This document shows, one piece after another, positions 27,664-40,994 of a stretch of DNA of 64,000 bases. Made by a program: the position numbers and the translations under genes. How positions within the stretch are numbered: position 1 is the first letter of the stretch; each line of letters opens with the position of its first letter. A model generated the notes under the pieces. That model ran no database searches. It was not told where the DNA came from and worked only from the letters and a program-made list of their open reading frames with translations. This stretch comes from Eledone cirrhosa (taxonomy: Eukaryota), in the NCBI GenBank assembly GCA_964016885.1, contig OZ024741.1, positions 108,624,001-108,688,000 of the forward strand. Reading direction: 5' to 3'.

Positions 27664-30600
27664 CTATAGTCTGATGTAAAGTGAAGGCCCATTCACACGT
27701 GCCATTCTCGCCACTTTCACCCATCTTTCATAAAAACCGCTGGGGTGCAGCACATCTCTCTCCATCCTGATCCTTCTTCCGAAATGATATCGGAAGAAAC
27801 GGACCAGTTGTTGGCCAGAGAGAAAGGTGTCTGACCTCAGTCCTTTCAGACGCGTCCACCATACAACCTCTTTCGCCATGGCTATTACGCACAGAAACAC
27901 CGCCTCTCCTTCGTTTTTGAAGAGGGGAGGCGGCTTGATCGTTACAATAGACTCGGTGGTCAACCGGATCGGTCCCACCCTTGACATCAGTTGTTCGACA
28001 TAGCCCCACAGATCGGCAATGCCCGAGCAGTGAACCAATGCGTGTGCAACGGTTTCCTCGTCGCACACGCATCTGGGACAGATCTTTTGCGAGGGGTCCC
28101 TACCCGGGCGCCCTTGTCTGTAGAGCCTATCTCGAACGGGCAGAGCCCCTCAGTAGCACTGCCAAGCCAGGGACCTCTGGAAGTTATCCATGGGTCCCGG
28201 GCTGAATGTCCTACCGAACAGGTTGTCCAGTCGTCTTCCACCATGCCTAGGGCTTCTCCGAGGGCGTCGTCGCACCTGCTAACCACCAGCCCTCTATAGA
28301 ATGACGAGGTGGATTCTCCACTGACAGCCGGGTCCGCCTGCCAGAGAGCCGTGAGCGCCTGGGCACACTCGGTGTGCCAGGTGCCCAGTTTTCTCGGTCT
28401 TTGCTTGACCCAGGATTGCAGCTCGGTGAGTGAGACGAGTCTGGGAAAGGCTCGCCTCACAAACGGGGCCCACACCGATTGACCGGTGAGGAATACCTGG
28501 AGGTGCCGTAGCCTTAATGCGTGTTTACGTATCATAAGCCACGGCAGCCCCAGCCCTCCTTTCGAAGGGTGTTGACAGCAGATGGATCTCCTCACCAATG
28601 GAGCCCGCTTCTTCCAAAGGAATTGGAAGAGTGCGCGCTCCATTTTGGCGAGGGTTTCCCTTGGGCAAGGCACAACGGTCAGGTGGTAGTAGATGATGGA
28701 CGCTATATAAGTGTACGCCATCTCCGCCCGACCTTTCAGGGACAGTTTGCACTCGGCCCACTTCTGGGTGAGTGCAAACACCCTGTTCGTTACCTCACCC
28801 AAGTTCTTCTCCACCTGGAGGTCTGGTCCGAACCAGACCCCGAGCAACTTCACCGGGCCCTCCGTCCAGCACCCGACGACACTATCGGAGGGCATCGATC
28901 TGCCCCTCCACGTGCCGAGTTGCAGACCGATCGACTTCAGCTTAGCCGCTGTAAACCTTTCGTACTCCTCCAGTAAGGTGCCGATCGCCCCGATTTCCGA
29001 TGCCGTCGACACCATTACTGTTACGTCATCGGCGTAGGCCGACACCGCTTTCCGCAATCCCGGTTCAAACGGGATGCCCTGCAACAACTCCAACTTCCGC
29101 AGCAGTGGCTCTAGAGTCATTACATACAGAAGGGAGGAGAGAGGGCACCCCTGTCGGATGGACCGCGTGATTTCGAACGGCTCCGAGAGGTAGCCGTTCA
29201 CCTTGACCCTAGAGCATATGCGGCTGCTGTGCATGGCATTGATCCAGCCCCTGAAAACGGGTCCGAAGCCTGCCGCCGCTAGCACCGCATCCAGGTTACC
29301 ATGGTCGACCCTATCGAACGCCTTATATTGATCCAAATTGATCAGGGCCCCACCAAAGCCGGGTTCGTTCCCAACCCTCTCTATTATGTATCGCATGAGG
29401 TGGAGGTTGTCGTGGATGGACCTAGACGGAATAGCACATGTCTGCGCATCTCCCACCAGGTTGCCCACGACAAGCGCCAACCTCTTTGCTAGCACCTTGG
29501 CCAAAATCTGTAACTCTGTATTAAGCAGAGTTATGGGCCTGAAATTATTTATATCGTCCCCCTTGTTCTCGTCCTTCCTCACTAGCGTGACTACGCCCTT
29601 GGTCACAGCAGAGGGAATTCTCCCGTTCTGTTGCCAGTTGCAGTAGACCGCCTCGAGGAGATCGGGGAACAAGTTCGGCATAGCTAGATATAGTTCGTAT
29701 GGAAGACCATCGAGACCCGGGGATTTGCGTTTGCCGCATTGGCTCAGCACGTCCTCTATCTCAGCGGCTGAAATCGGCTCCTCGCAGGACTTCGCCTCCC
29801 TGTCCGAGAGTCGCGGCAGGCCGTCGAGGTATGGACCGAAGTCCACTTCCCCAACCGGCTCCCCGTCCCTTCCGAATAATCTGGCCAAGTGCTTTTGAAA
29901 AGCCTCGCACATCTGCTTAGGTTCAAGGATCACCCGTCCATCCTGGTCGCGCAAAGACCGGATAGTGGATCTACTCCCTCTTTTGGCTTCTGTCACGCGG
30001 GCCCAGCTAACAGCTTTGGTCCCCTCGTTTCCCAGAGCACGTATTTTGCTTCGGACGATGCAGCCTTCGTGTTTCGCGTCGAAGAACTGGCCCAGGGCTG
30101 TTCTCGACGCTAGCACTCTAGCCACGTCGCCGCTTCTAATTGCCTCTTCTACACTATCTACCAACTCCCTTTCCTTCCTATTTCTATTTGAGGCTAACTC
30201 TTACTAAATTCTATAGAGACTACTCTAATCTCTCTTTTGAGAGATCCCCACCACCTGCTGTTGACGATGGCGCCCGTCAACCGCTCCTTAACTAAAGTGC
30301 TAATCGGGTCCCTGTAAGCCTTACTTGCCAGTAAGGACAAGTTGAGCGTCCAGTAACGGGGTCCCTGTCTATGTGTTCTGTCAAGGTTGACCATGCAGGT
30401 CACTAACTTGTGGTCTGAATAGCCAACCATGCGTATTTTTGGACAACTTAAAAAGTCCTTATCCTTATTTCTAACTAAGAACCTATCTAGGTACGACCTA
30501 AATGATCCGCTGCGGTTTGCGCAAGTCCAGGTTGGCGCAGTCGGAAAATCTAGTCGATATCTATCGGTCAGGTCAATTTGACCGATTAACCCTTTGAGGC

Positions 30601-31090
30601 TATTACACCCCTCTCTATCGGGACAGGCCCCTACGTAGTCCCAGCGTGCATCTAGGATACCATTCCAGTCCCCCACTAATAGCAAGAAACGGGACGTCCC
30701 TAGAAAAGTCTCCAGACGATGGAAGAAGTCCAGCCGCATTGACCCGAAAGGGCCGTAGACGGCTACCAACCTAAACGCTCCGCTTTCACCACTGCCAAGA
30801 TCCAGAACCACTAGTCGACCCTCCGGGTCCAAATGTATCGTCTGTGTTGCAAGACCCAGATGTTTTTGCAGCAGAACGACAACCCCACCCCCACCTCCGG
30901 GCTGACAGAGAGATGCGTGCATCTCAAAGTCATCAAAGGTGGGGGCCAGCTGTCGCACGTTGCTGATCCGGGTCTCGCAAATAACCATCACATCTATACG
31001 TTGTGACCTGAGGTCATTTAGAAGCATTGCTTGCTTCCAAGTTGAGCCCAGGCCACGCGCATTTAGACAGCCTACTCTTAGCATAGCCAT
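27664..31090 (-). pseudogene. Copy 3 ORF2 (APE-RT), disrupted
   Basis: 306-aa APE part, 725-aa RT part with YADD, and a C-terminal piece. Confidence 0.9.
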
Positions 31091-31114
31091 GTTGGTGGTG
31101 AAGAGAAAAGGCAC

Positions 31115-32913
31115 TTACCTCTCTGCGTCCCGGGTATCGGGCTGCACAATTTCCATGAGGGTTGGGGATGGGTTGTTGGGTGGGGTGGAGGTTTGTGGAA
31201 GTGTAGGGGCGTCAGTGTGTTGTGTGGTTGGGGTGTTTGGAGTTGTGTGGGTGTTTGGGAGGGGGTGGGATAGTTTTTTAGGAGGGCGCGGTTAATGGGG
31301 CCGACACAGGGGGGGGGGGGGGGCGTCCTCTTTAAAGTTGTTTTTTAGTGTTTTATAAGTGTCCTCTGGGGCCTTAATCATTTTGAGGTGGGGGAAATCC
31401 CCTGCCTGGGTGAAGTTAGGCCCTTGGGTTTTTATCAAATTGTTGTGGTACACAATGTTTAACAATTTTTGGTTCTTGTGTTTATGTATGTGTATGCATG
31501 TTTTTGTTTTTGTGTGGTGTTTTTTGTTTGCTGTTGTTGTGTGCTCTTTTGTGTTGGTGTCAGTGTTATGTTTTGGGGAGGGGTTGTTTTCATTTGTGTG
31601 TCTGAGGTGTGTTTTCTTTTTTTTCTTTTGATTGTGAGGAAGTGCTCCTCTTCGTCTGACGACGAACGAGGGTTATCTTCCGCGTTTGAGGGGAGGGGTA
31701 TATTTTCGGGTTGTGTTTGCGGTGCGGGTGTTTTGGAAATTGATTTTTTTTAGTGGGGGGATGGGTTGGACATTGTTTTGTTTTGGTTTGAGCTGTGGTT
31801 GTTGTTTTTGTAGTGGTGGTTGTGGTGATTGTGTTGGTTGTGCAGTTGTTGGTGGTGTAGGCAGGATTGGGGTTTTCTTATTAAGTTGAGGACAGACAGC
31901 CCTCAGGTGACCTCTGGTTCCACAGAGGTAACACGAGGGCCGCCTACCCTCAACGGTAATGTTGATGAAAGTTTGATCATCCAGTATGACGCGTTCAGGG
32001 ATCTGGGCAATCCTTTCGGGCCTCATTTGAACTACAAGTTCGAGGCTTGTTCCACTGAAAGCGTCACCCGATGCCTTTCCCATGGACACCAGCGTGTCGT
32101 CATCCAGGTTCAGGAAACCTGTCAAAACCCACCATATGTCCATAATCGGCAGAATGGTGTGGATTTTTATTTTTTGTGTCCTTCTACCCATGTACGTAGG
32201 GTAGAAGGTGTGTGCGGTGGATGTAATTGGGTTTATGGACAGTTTCACTGCTGTGTCCGTGTCCTTCATGAGAATGGATAGACTCCCGTAGAGTCTATCC
32301 TCCTGAATGAATGTGATGTCTTTCATGACGTATTTTAAAACCAGATCTATCTCACTCTGTGATGGTTGAGCTGGTTTTTTGCTTTTGTTTGAGATTGTCC
32401 TAAACATGACAGTGTTTAGTAGTCTCTGGCTTTTTAGTTCCGGGGTGGGAGGGTGGGTCGAAAATGCACCATTTTCCCCGTACATTATATATTTTTTGGC
32501 ATCTGCCAGTAGCTCCTTCGCTTTGGTTATATCTACTGGCAGATAGTCGAGGGTTTCCTTGCCGTCTGGGCGAAGGAGACCTTTTCCTTGTTTGTGTTGA
32601 TGTTGTAGTTGGTGGTGTTGTTGTTATCATTGTTGTTGTTATCACAGTTATTGGTCTTGTTGTTGTTGTTATTGTTATTGTTGTTGGTGTTGTTTTCGTC
32701 CGTAGCATTGTTGTTGTTGCTGTTGTTGCTGGTGTCGCTGGTTGTTTGGTTTGTTGCCATGGCAACGTCAAGTTGTCGGTCAGCAGGTGGAGAAAATCCT
32801 TCCTCTGTCTGACCTTTGTCTTTGACCTCTGCTACTGTGACAGTGGCAGGGGGAAGCTGTAAGTTTATCTTCCCCTTTCCTCCTTCGAATTTTGGTGAAG
32901 AAGCTTCAGCCAT
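31115..32913 (-). pseudogene. Copy 3 ORF1 with Asn-rich N-terminus and CCHC knuckle, frameshifted
   Basis: Homologous to copy 2 ORF1 (KVSFAQT, DRLYGSL, FSGT.LELVVQM.PERIAQIP, VEGRRPSC); ends MEIVQPDTRDAER*. Confidence 0.85.
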
Positions 32914-33120
32914 TTAAAAAAAATGTTAACTTTTCAAAAATAAAACTTTTGCTAACTATTTCGCCTAAAGGCGTAGAATATTTTGAGAGACTGACCAGAT
33001 AAAAATATGACCTGGCAGACCCTCTACAAAATGGTACAAAAATTAAAGTTTACAGTCAAGAATTTCTATAGAAATTTATGCAGGACTTACTCAGCAAGTT
33101 ACACGCGTGTGTCCATCCCA

Positions 33121-33125
33121 TAGAC

Positions 33126-33215
<90 letters not shown>

Positions 33216-33225
33216 GTAGGTAGAT
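33121..33225. repeat. (GATA)n at the 5' flank of Tx1 copy 3
   Basis: Seen directly. Confidence 0.95.
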
Positions 33226-33751
33226 ATGTATGTATATGCGTAATCTTAGGCAAAGATGAAACGTACACTCACTTATAAACCCAACAACAATAGTAGAATG
33301 TTTATTGTATATTTGTAATCATTTCTAAACGTTATTTGTAAATGTAATTACGAAAGTTATTTTGTGAAGAAAGATTACAAATGAAATCTCCAAACAGCAA
33401 TCCTATAAGAATATAATGAAGAAATCTGTGATATGTGTTGTATTTTACTGTAGAATAATAAATTGTATAGAATTCAAAGTAATGGTAGCATTGTTTACTG
33501 GGAGTGTATTGAAATCTATTGAGTTCTCATACTAATGCGGCTTTCACCTATTCAAACAAAATATGTAGATAAAGAATATAGGTTCTCCAATATACAAATA
33601 TCTATATATACATATTCACTCATACATTTACACACAGTCAAACGGTTATATGTTTGCTTGTTTACAGATCATTATACGAATAAATTTGTTATCATTGTTT
33701 TAATATTTCATTATTTTATTGTTTCTTTTTTCTTTACAAATATTTACATAC

Positions 33752-33839
<88 letters not shown>

Positions 33840-33875
33840 GTGTGTGTGTGGTGTGTATAAGGTGTGTATAAGGTA

Positions 33876-34215
33876 TGTATAATGAGAGTGCAAAACCTAT
33901 CCTGGAAACGACATCCCCCCTTGTCTAAAATCTATGGCAAACTCCCTCGAGCCCCTGCCCTTCTAAAATCCCGGACAGCTCAATTTGCTGGCCACTGTCA
34001 CCGTGCCAGCAATGAAATCATATCCGCTCTCTTGCTCTGGAACCCTGACTCCAGCCTGACTAGGAGTAGGAAGCTCTCATTCCCTGACGTTATCTCTAGG
34101 GATACGGGAATCAGTAGACAGGACCTGGGGGCGGCGATGGGGGACAGGGAATTCTGGGGCATGAGAGTGAGATCCATCATCTCGACAGTAGTCGACGAAT
34201 GATGATGATGATGAT
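33876..34215 (+). mobile_element. 5'-truncated RTE-group LINE 3' end with (TGA)n tail
   Basis: VQNLSWKRHP...IYGKLP...QFAGHCHR...LLLW...AAMGDREFW is a typical RTE C-terminus; possible TSD tataaggta. Confidence 0.8.
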
Positions 34216-34302
34216 ATATAAGGTAAACACAAATAACAAAACAAATGGCATACTACATGGAAGAAATATATTAGTTTAACGCTTGAAATAGCAGGAAGAG
34301 TG

Positions 34303-34338
34303 TCTTAACGTTTCGGACACTAGTCCTTCATCAGAAGA
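34303..34338 (-). ncRNA. Minimal type I hammerhead ribozyme (GAAACGTT type)
   Basis: tctt-CTGATGA-a ggac tagt gtcc-GAAA-cg-TT-aaga on the minus strand. Confidence 0.8.
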
Positions 34339-35752
34339 TAGAGTTAGAAATATAAGTTAAGTAGAAAGTAAAGAGTGATGAAAGGAAGAAACGGGGGAAT
34401 GGGGTAAGAATGTGGAGAAAAAAATACGCGCGTATTCAGTCGGCCATCTTGGAAAGGAGCTGGTGAAATTGTATCTTCGACATAAGAGAGGTTTACGAAC
34501 GGAGATAACATATTTTGTATTCTTGCGCGTATTGCTGTGCTGTAAATGTTAGTGTGTGCGCGCGCGTGAAGTTGTGTTCTTATGTTTGAAGGAAAAGACT
34601 TAAAGCGTGACAAGTTGGCTGTTTACCAACGTAAGATGGTGTATAGGTATGTATATGAATTTCTACATATATGCACATAGCAGCAGCTGAGACGGTTGTG
34701 AAAAAAGTAATGGCCGGTATATTTAATTATCTGTTATGGCTGTAAGAGAAGATGCATAACTTCGCATACAACGATACAGTGGTACAACTGTGAACGGCTA
34801 AGCCGCAAGGTGTGACGCCATTACATGCGTGGATGGAACAGAGAAGTAGAGAGGATGGTGTAAATATTAGGAAAAATTCAACACTGATGACGCCACAGCC
34901 ACAGCCGGAGCCACGCGAAATCAGACGAGCGCACAAAAGAATCAAGCACAGAATAGTGTGTCGCTAGTGTGTACGGGCAGATGCACATATAAGTGCACGC
35001 ATCCGCAAGTTAAGGGGTGATCGTTAGGTACGTGCTGAAGTAGATGTGTGTGGAGTGGTATATAAATACAGATGTTGTCAATGTGGGTGTGTATTGTGTG
35101 GTGGCTGGAGTGGCGTGCGTGTGTGTGTATATATATATATATATGTTGGTGCCTCGGCCTGGCCGCAGCCAGTCAGTTGGAATAGGTGGAAGAATAAAAT
35201 TGTGTATATATATATATATATATTTTTTTTTTTCTAAACTATCTAAGTATTTGACTCTAACCATTATTTTAAGTATTACCACCCCACATTATTTCCTCAA
35301 TTTGTATGTGTAGATGTGTGTGTGTGTGTCTGTGGAGGTGGGTGTGAGTGTACATGCAAGCCAACCTACATAAGTCTTTTTATTTTTAAATGTTCTACTC
35401 TAACCATAATTTTCAGTAGTACCACTCCACATAAATTCTTCAATTTACGAATGACCTGTAGTATCTATTTCATACTATTAATCTTAATTGAATATATATC
35501 TGACCAGGAATGCTTTTTGTGAAAATCAGTCATATGGAACTATTGTCATCTTGCCTGACGGTTTGAACTTTACAACACCACCTGCCACTTTGAGGTCAAA
35601 TACCAACCCTACTAGCATCTACAAACTGCCCTATGAGAATTAAGACTATTCCTGCTGACAACATTAAATTATTCCTAACAAGCTCATATGTCCCAAGGCT
35701 CTGATACCATCAACACTATAAATACAGAGCTGGCATATCTAAGAACTGACTA

Positions 35753-35808
35753 ACTGCCTGATGAGGTCATAGCCATTCAATGGCTATCATCGAAATATAT
35801 ATAGCAGT
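35753..35808 (+). ncRNA. Type I hammerhead ribozyme
   Basis: actgc-CTGATGA-ggtc atagccatt c aatggctat catc-GAAA-tatata-TA-gcagt; (TA)n begins ~45 nt downstream. Confidence 0.85.
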
Positions 35809-37196
35809 AAATAAAGGATTATGAGTTCATGCAATTGACTTATGTTTCGTCACTATATATATATATGTATATATATATATATTCGTATTGTACTGAATGT
35901 CGTTAAAAAGTATATATCCAAAGTTGGCAGAGCATTCAGTCTGAGGGACAGGTTGTAATATACAAAATTTGGTTGAATTCACATTTTGGAATACGTGCAT
36001 TTTGTTGGGGAAGTTGCTGTTTCCGAAGCTACTCAGTTCGACATCTTTGTTACGGATATTAGTATGAAAGTTCTAATAAAGATTTCTTATGGAAGTGGCG
36101 AAAATTTGTAGAGGTTCGATTAACAATTAGTTAAAGGAGGATATCACTTAATTACACACGCGCTGAGGGCTTGGGATCAATTATGTGGGCGAAAACGATA
36201 TCACAGTATGTTTACCTAAACGGTTTCTTGCTAGATAGATATTATAGAGGTGAATGTAAAGCCTCCGATGGTATTTTATATCGTAATGGTCTATAATTGT
36301 AGCATTTTGACTGACACTCTGTCAAGTCTGCCGGAATAATATATTTTTTCTCATTTCTAATTTGGGAATAGATCTTTATTTTGTAAATAAAATAAACAAA
36401 GCAAAATAGTGAGTGAAACAAGTGCTTGGTCACAATTGCAAATGCTTTATCTTACAGGTGAAAATCCCCTGCTTATGTGAGAAGTAATATTTTTCGAGAG
36501 ACCAAGACAACAGAAGTTTCTACTTGTATCGATTCGACAATAAATCTATGAGAGAGTAGCCAATAATTCGTCAGCTGACCATCATCAGGCTATCGAGCAT
36601 CCAAAATCGTATTAATGCTTATATTGACTGCTCCATCACTTTTTAGCCGTTTTAGACGGTTTGGCTGCTATTTCCAATGTCAATATAAGAACGTCGTATT
36701 GTCCTAATACATTAAGTGGGAAATATTCATGCAGTAAATCTGCAATGCAACTAGTTGTTCCCCATGCGGTCTACTAGCGAAATGATATGTATGATATATA
36801 TTCAGCTTGTCCCTTTAGGTGGAATATATTCATATAGCAATTCAGCGATGCAACACGTTCACCATGTGGTCTAGCAACGAAATGGTATGTATGATATATT
36901 TTTAACTTGCCACCTTATTCCTAAGAAAGAAATTCACCTCCCGATGAAAGAACCAAAATTGGTCTAATATCGGTTATTCCAATGGTCGGGGTATTATATA
37001 AGAAAAAAATACATTTTTTAGCCGATTTAGCTTATATACTCCCCAATGAGATTTTGGATTAAGTTTAACATATTATAATACTTATCTGCGGAGAAAATTT
37101 GTTAACATATGTTATCCTTTCATTGAAATGTTTACGTATTAGAGACAGTTAAATTTATAGATTTATAAAATAAATGTATATGTATATATATATAAA

Positions 37197-37308
<112 letters not shown>

Positions 37309-37344
37309 TTTATATATATATACATATACATTTATTTTATAAAT

Positions 37345-37433
<89 letters not shown>

Positions 37434-37469
37434 GTGTAGGTATGTTTGTGTGAGCATGTATATACACAC

Positions 37470-37515
<46 letters not shown>

Positions 37516-37917
37516 AAGAATTAAATACAGTATGCATGCATGTATGTATGTACGTATGTATGTTGACCATTCTATCAGATACGTAGCAGGAAAATTGTTA
37601 AACTGTTTGCTTTCAATGATAAAGAGACGTTGAGAATAATGAAAATATTTGTATAACTTTTCTGCCTCCTACTAACGTTTCATTATGCTATTCTCTATTG
37701 TAGTCTGACATTGAATAAACATTGGCCTGCTTTAGCTTGTCAATTGCTTAACGTGTGTTCGATTCTGGTTGCCAGGCGAGACAACTATGTACACAGTGCA
37801 TAATATTGATACTAAGACGTTCAATACGGTTAAAACATTAATAATTGTTCGTAGCATATAGCTATCTGTCTGGTCATTTATGTTTTTGTCTATACATATC
37901 TACCTATATGCACGGAT

Positions 37918-38002
<85 letters not shown>

Positions 38003-38067
38003 TGTACATATGCTTATATATATACATATATATATATATATAAATGTGTATATATATACTCACACAT

Positions 38068-38156
<89 letters not shown>

Positions 38157-38700
38157 TATATATATATATGCTCAAAAATATGTAAGTGTATGTATGTGTA
38201 TGTAGTTATGTATATACAAATGTATGTATGTATGTATGTCGATGTATGTGGGTGAAATATAGACTGGGCTTTATTTTCTCGACAAGCAAATCGATATAAA
38301 TAGCTTCTGTCGTCGTTGAAGCTATATCACAGACAGAACACAGAGCTTTTTACAATGATGGATTTGTAGCTTACAACTATGTATAAATAAGTTAGGACAC
38401 CGCTAATCTAGCCAGTAGCACTTGCATGAATATATGTACTGACAGTGTGGATTAATGAATTACTCAATTAATGAATAGTGTCCTATATGTCACATTTTTA
38501 GGATGTTTGTTCTAATCATATATGTAAGATAGACATAATTAAAAAGTGGTTATGACTAGGAAGCCGCTAAATACAAGTGGGGATATAAATATTAAACAAC
38601 AAAGTCAGAGAAACAAAGCGAAACATAAACAAGATTCAGAGATAATATTGCCACTTTTCTTATCCCATGATACTTCAAGCAAACTATAACACTCTTATTA

Positions 38701-38889
38701 TGGTGGATTGGCAGTATCGGTAGAGGGTCGGACACCATGCTTTCCAGCATAGTTACGTCCCTTTACGATCTGAGTTCAAATCCCGCCGAGGTTGACTTTG
38801 CCTTTCATCCTTACGGGGTCGATAAAATAAAGTACCAGTAATGCACTGGGTAATTGCTGGCCTTGTGCCTAAAGTAGAAACAATTATTT
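38701..38889 (+). mobile_element. tRNA-derived SINE
   Basis: TGGCAGTATCGG, GTTCAAATCC, gactttgcctttcatccttacggggtcgataaaataaagtaccag. Confidence 0.85.
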
Positions 38890-39043
38890 AGAATAACTCT
38901 GAGAAGCAAAAGTGGAAATTGTTACCTGTAGGATTTAAGTCACTACGAGCAGAACACGGAGTTACCCATAATATATATCTACACAAACACGTACACACAC
39001 ACACACACACACACGCACACACAGACACACACACACACACACG

Positions 39044-39091
<48 letters not shown>

Positions 39092-39099
39092 TATATATG

Positions 39100-39253
39100 T
39101 GAGAAAGGAATTGTGGTAAGGAAACAGATGGACCATAACGCACCACAGTACTCAATACTTAGGGTAGTAGAGTGGGAAATATTTCTGGACTCCAGAGTCC
39201 AGAAATAGCCGTCGTAACGGCTTGAGCTCTGCCGTCGGTGTCATACTTTTTCC
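39100..39253. mobile_element. GAGCTC-loop HHR family fragment; two opposed pieces in (TA)n
   Basis: Homologous to 57325-57490 and 59181-59320; central hairpin tatttctggact/agtccagaaata. Confidence 0.7.
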
Positions 39254-39261
39254 TATATATA

Positions 39262-39368
<107 letters not shown>

Positions 39369-39390
39369 ATACATATATATCATATATATA

Positions 39391-39690
<300 letters not shown>

Positions 39691-39712
39691 CTTATATATA
39701 TATATATGAATG

Positions 39713-39762
<50 letters not shown>

Positions 39763-39869
39763 CATCAGGAAAGAAGATTAACATGGTTTGCAATACAAAA
39801 AAGGTTTTTAATCTCATTGCTGGGGACTGGATTTGTTACCCCGTATATATATATATATATATATATATA

Positions 39870-40285
39870 CATTAGTTATGTATAGTGGTAGTTATGGTGC
39901 TTCCATAGGTGGTATGCCAAAATTAGCACTCGATATTCATCAGAGTAGAGTGTAGATTTTAGAAAGAAAACGAAAAATCAGTGATGCATCTGGACTTAAT
40001 TTATTGCGTGTTACAATTCTTTCTCCGGCAGGTAGCTCGAAACGTGGTCGTTGTATGGATCCGGCTGATTCTACTTCTGCAGGTTCATTCAGACACGAGT
40101 ATTTCGTTAGGAGCAAATGTTGTGATAAAATGTGCTCCTAACGAAATACTCGTGTCTGAATGAACCTGCAGAAGTAGAATCAGCCGGATCCATACAACGA
40201 CCACGTTTCGAGCTACCTGCCGGAGAAAGAATTGTAACACGCAATAAATTAAGTCCAGATGCATCACTGATTTTTCGTTTTCTTT
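39870..40285. mobile_element. Fold-back element with 153-bp arms; diverged single-arm relative at 59880-60122
   Basis: 39963-40115 is the reverse complement of 40133-40285 with a 17-nt loop; flanked by (TA)n. Confidence 0.85.
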
Positions 40286-40316
40286 ATAATATATATATAT
40301 ATATATATAAAGGATG

Positions 40317-40355
<39 letters not shown>

Positions 40356-40357
<2 letters not shown>

Positions 40358-40673
40358 GATGTTCAGCGTTCTGCTATACGCCGTTGATACCTGGACATTG
40401 AGGAAAGAGGATTGGCGTCGCCTGCAAACAAGACGCGCTGATTGAGACGGCTTCTGAACATAAATGGTATGACCAAGTAATCAACACAGAGGTCCTGGGG
40501 CGCATTCAACCAAGAAGAAGGCTGCGGCTGATGATTATTCTGGTGAAGAAGAAGAAGAAGAAGAAGAAGAAGAAGAAGAAGAAGAAGAAGAAGAAGAAGA
40601 AGAAGAAGAAGAAGAAGAAGAAGAAGAAGAAGAAGAAGAAGAAGAAGAAGAAGAAGAAGAAGAAGAAGAAGAA
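40356..40673 (+). mobile_element. RTE-type LINE fragment followed by (AAG)n
   Basis: VLLYAVDTWTLRKEDWRRLQ ... RRLLNI.WYDQVINTEVLGRI motif (with frameshifts). Confidence 0.7.
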
Positions 40674-40880
40674 GATATATATAGGATTTTGTATTATGTA
40701 TTTTTCATATATATGTTTTAATGTTTTAATTGATTCTATTTCAAGAATCTTTGTCAGAAATGCCTGGAGAAGAGATAGAGCTCTCTGTTGAGAGACTATC
40801 GCCATTGTCAGAATTATAATCATAATATGGTTAGGTAACTGATGAAGCAAGAAACTAAGGGAGACAGATACTGTACAACT

Positions 40881-40967
<87 letters not shown>

Positions 40968-40994
40968 GTATATATATATATATATATATATATA

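Larger units (their letters stand above)
27399..33120 (-). mobile_element. Tx1-clade LINE copy 3; apparently full length, several disruptions
   Basis: ORF1 pieces 32533-32913 and 31673-32485 (CYLCGTRGHLRAVC); ORF2 pieces 30194-31114, 27987-30164 and 27664-28068. Confidence 0.95.

Noticed and set aside
17123-32862. Plus-strand ORFs across the Tx1 copies
   Set aside because: Antisense shadows of GC-rich or low-complexity LINE coding sequence.
16927-33120. Tx1 cluster as a tandem duplication or assembly artefact
   Set aside because: The copies differ strongly in ORF1 and UTRs and carry different lesions.
16553-34338. Opposed HHR copies as the ends of one composite element enclosing the Tx1 cluster
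   Set aside because: The copies are diverged, point inward, and each ends at its own TA-rich junction; independent insertions are simpler.
35247-36910. Short diverged direct repeats (35247-35302/35390-35446; 36742-36809/36845-36909)
   Set aside because: Two-copy local duplications with no further structure.
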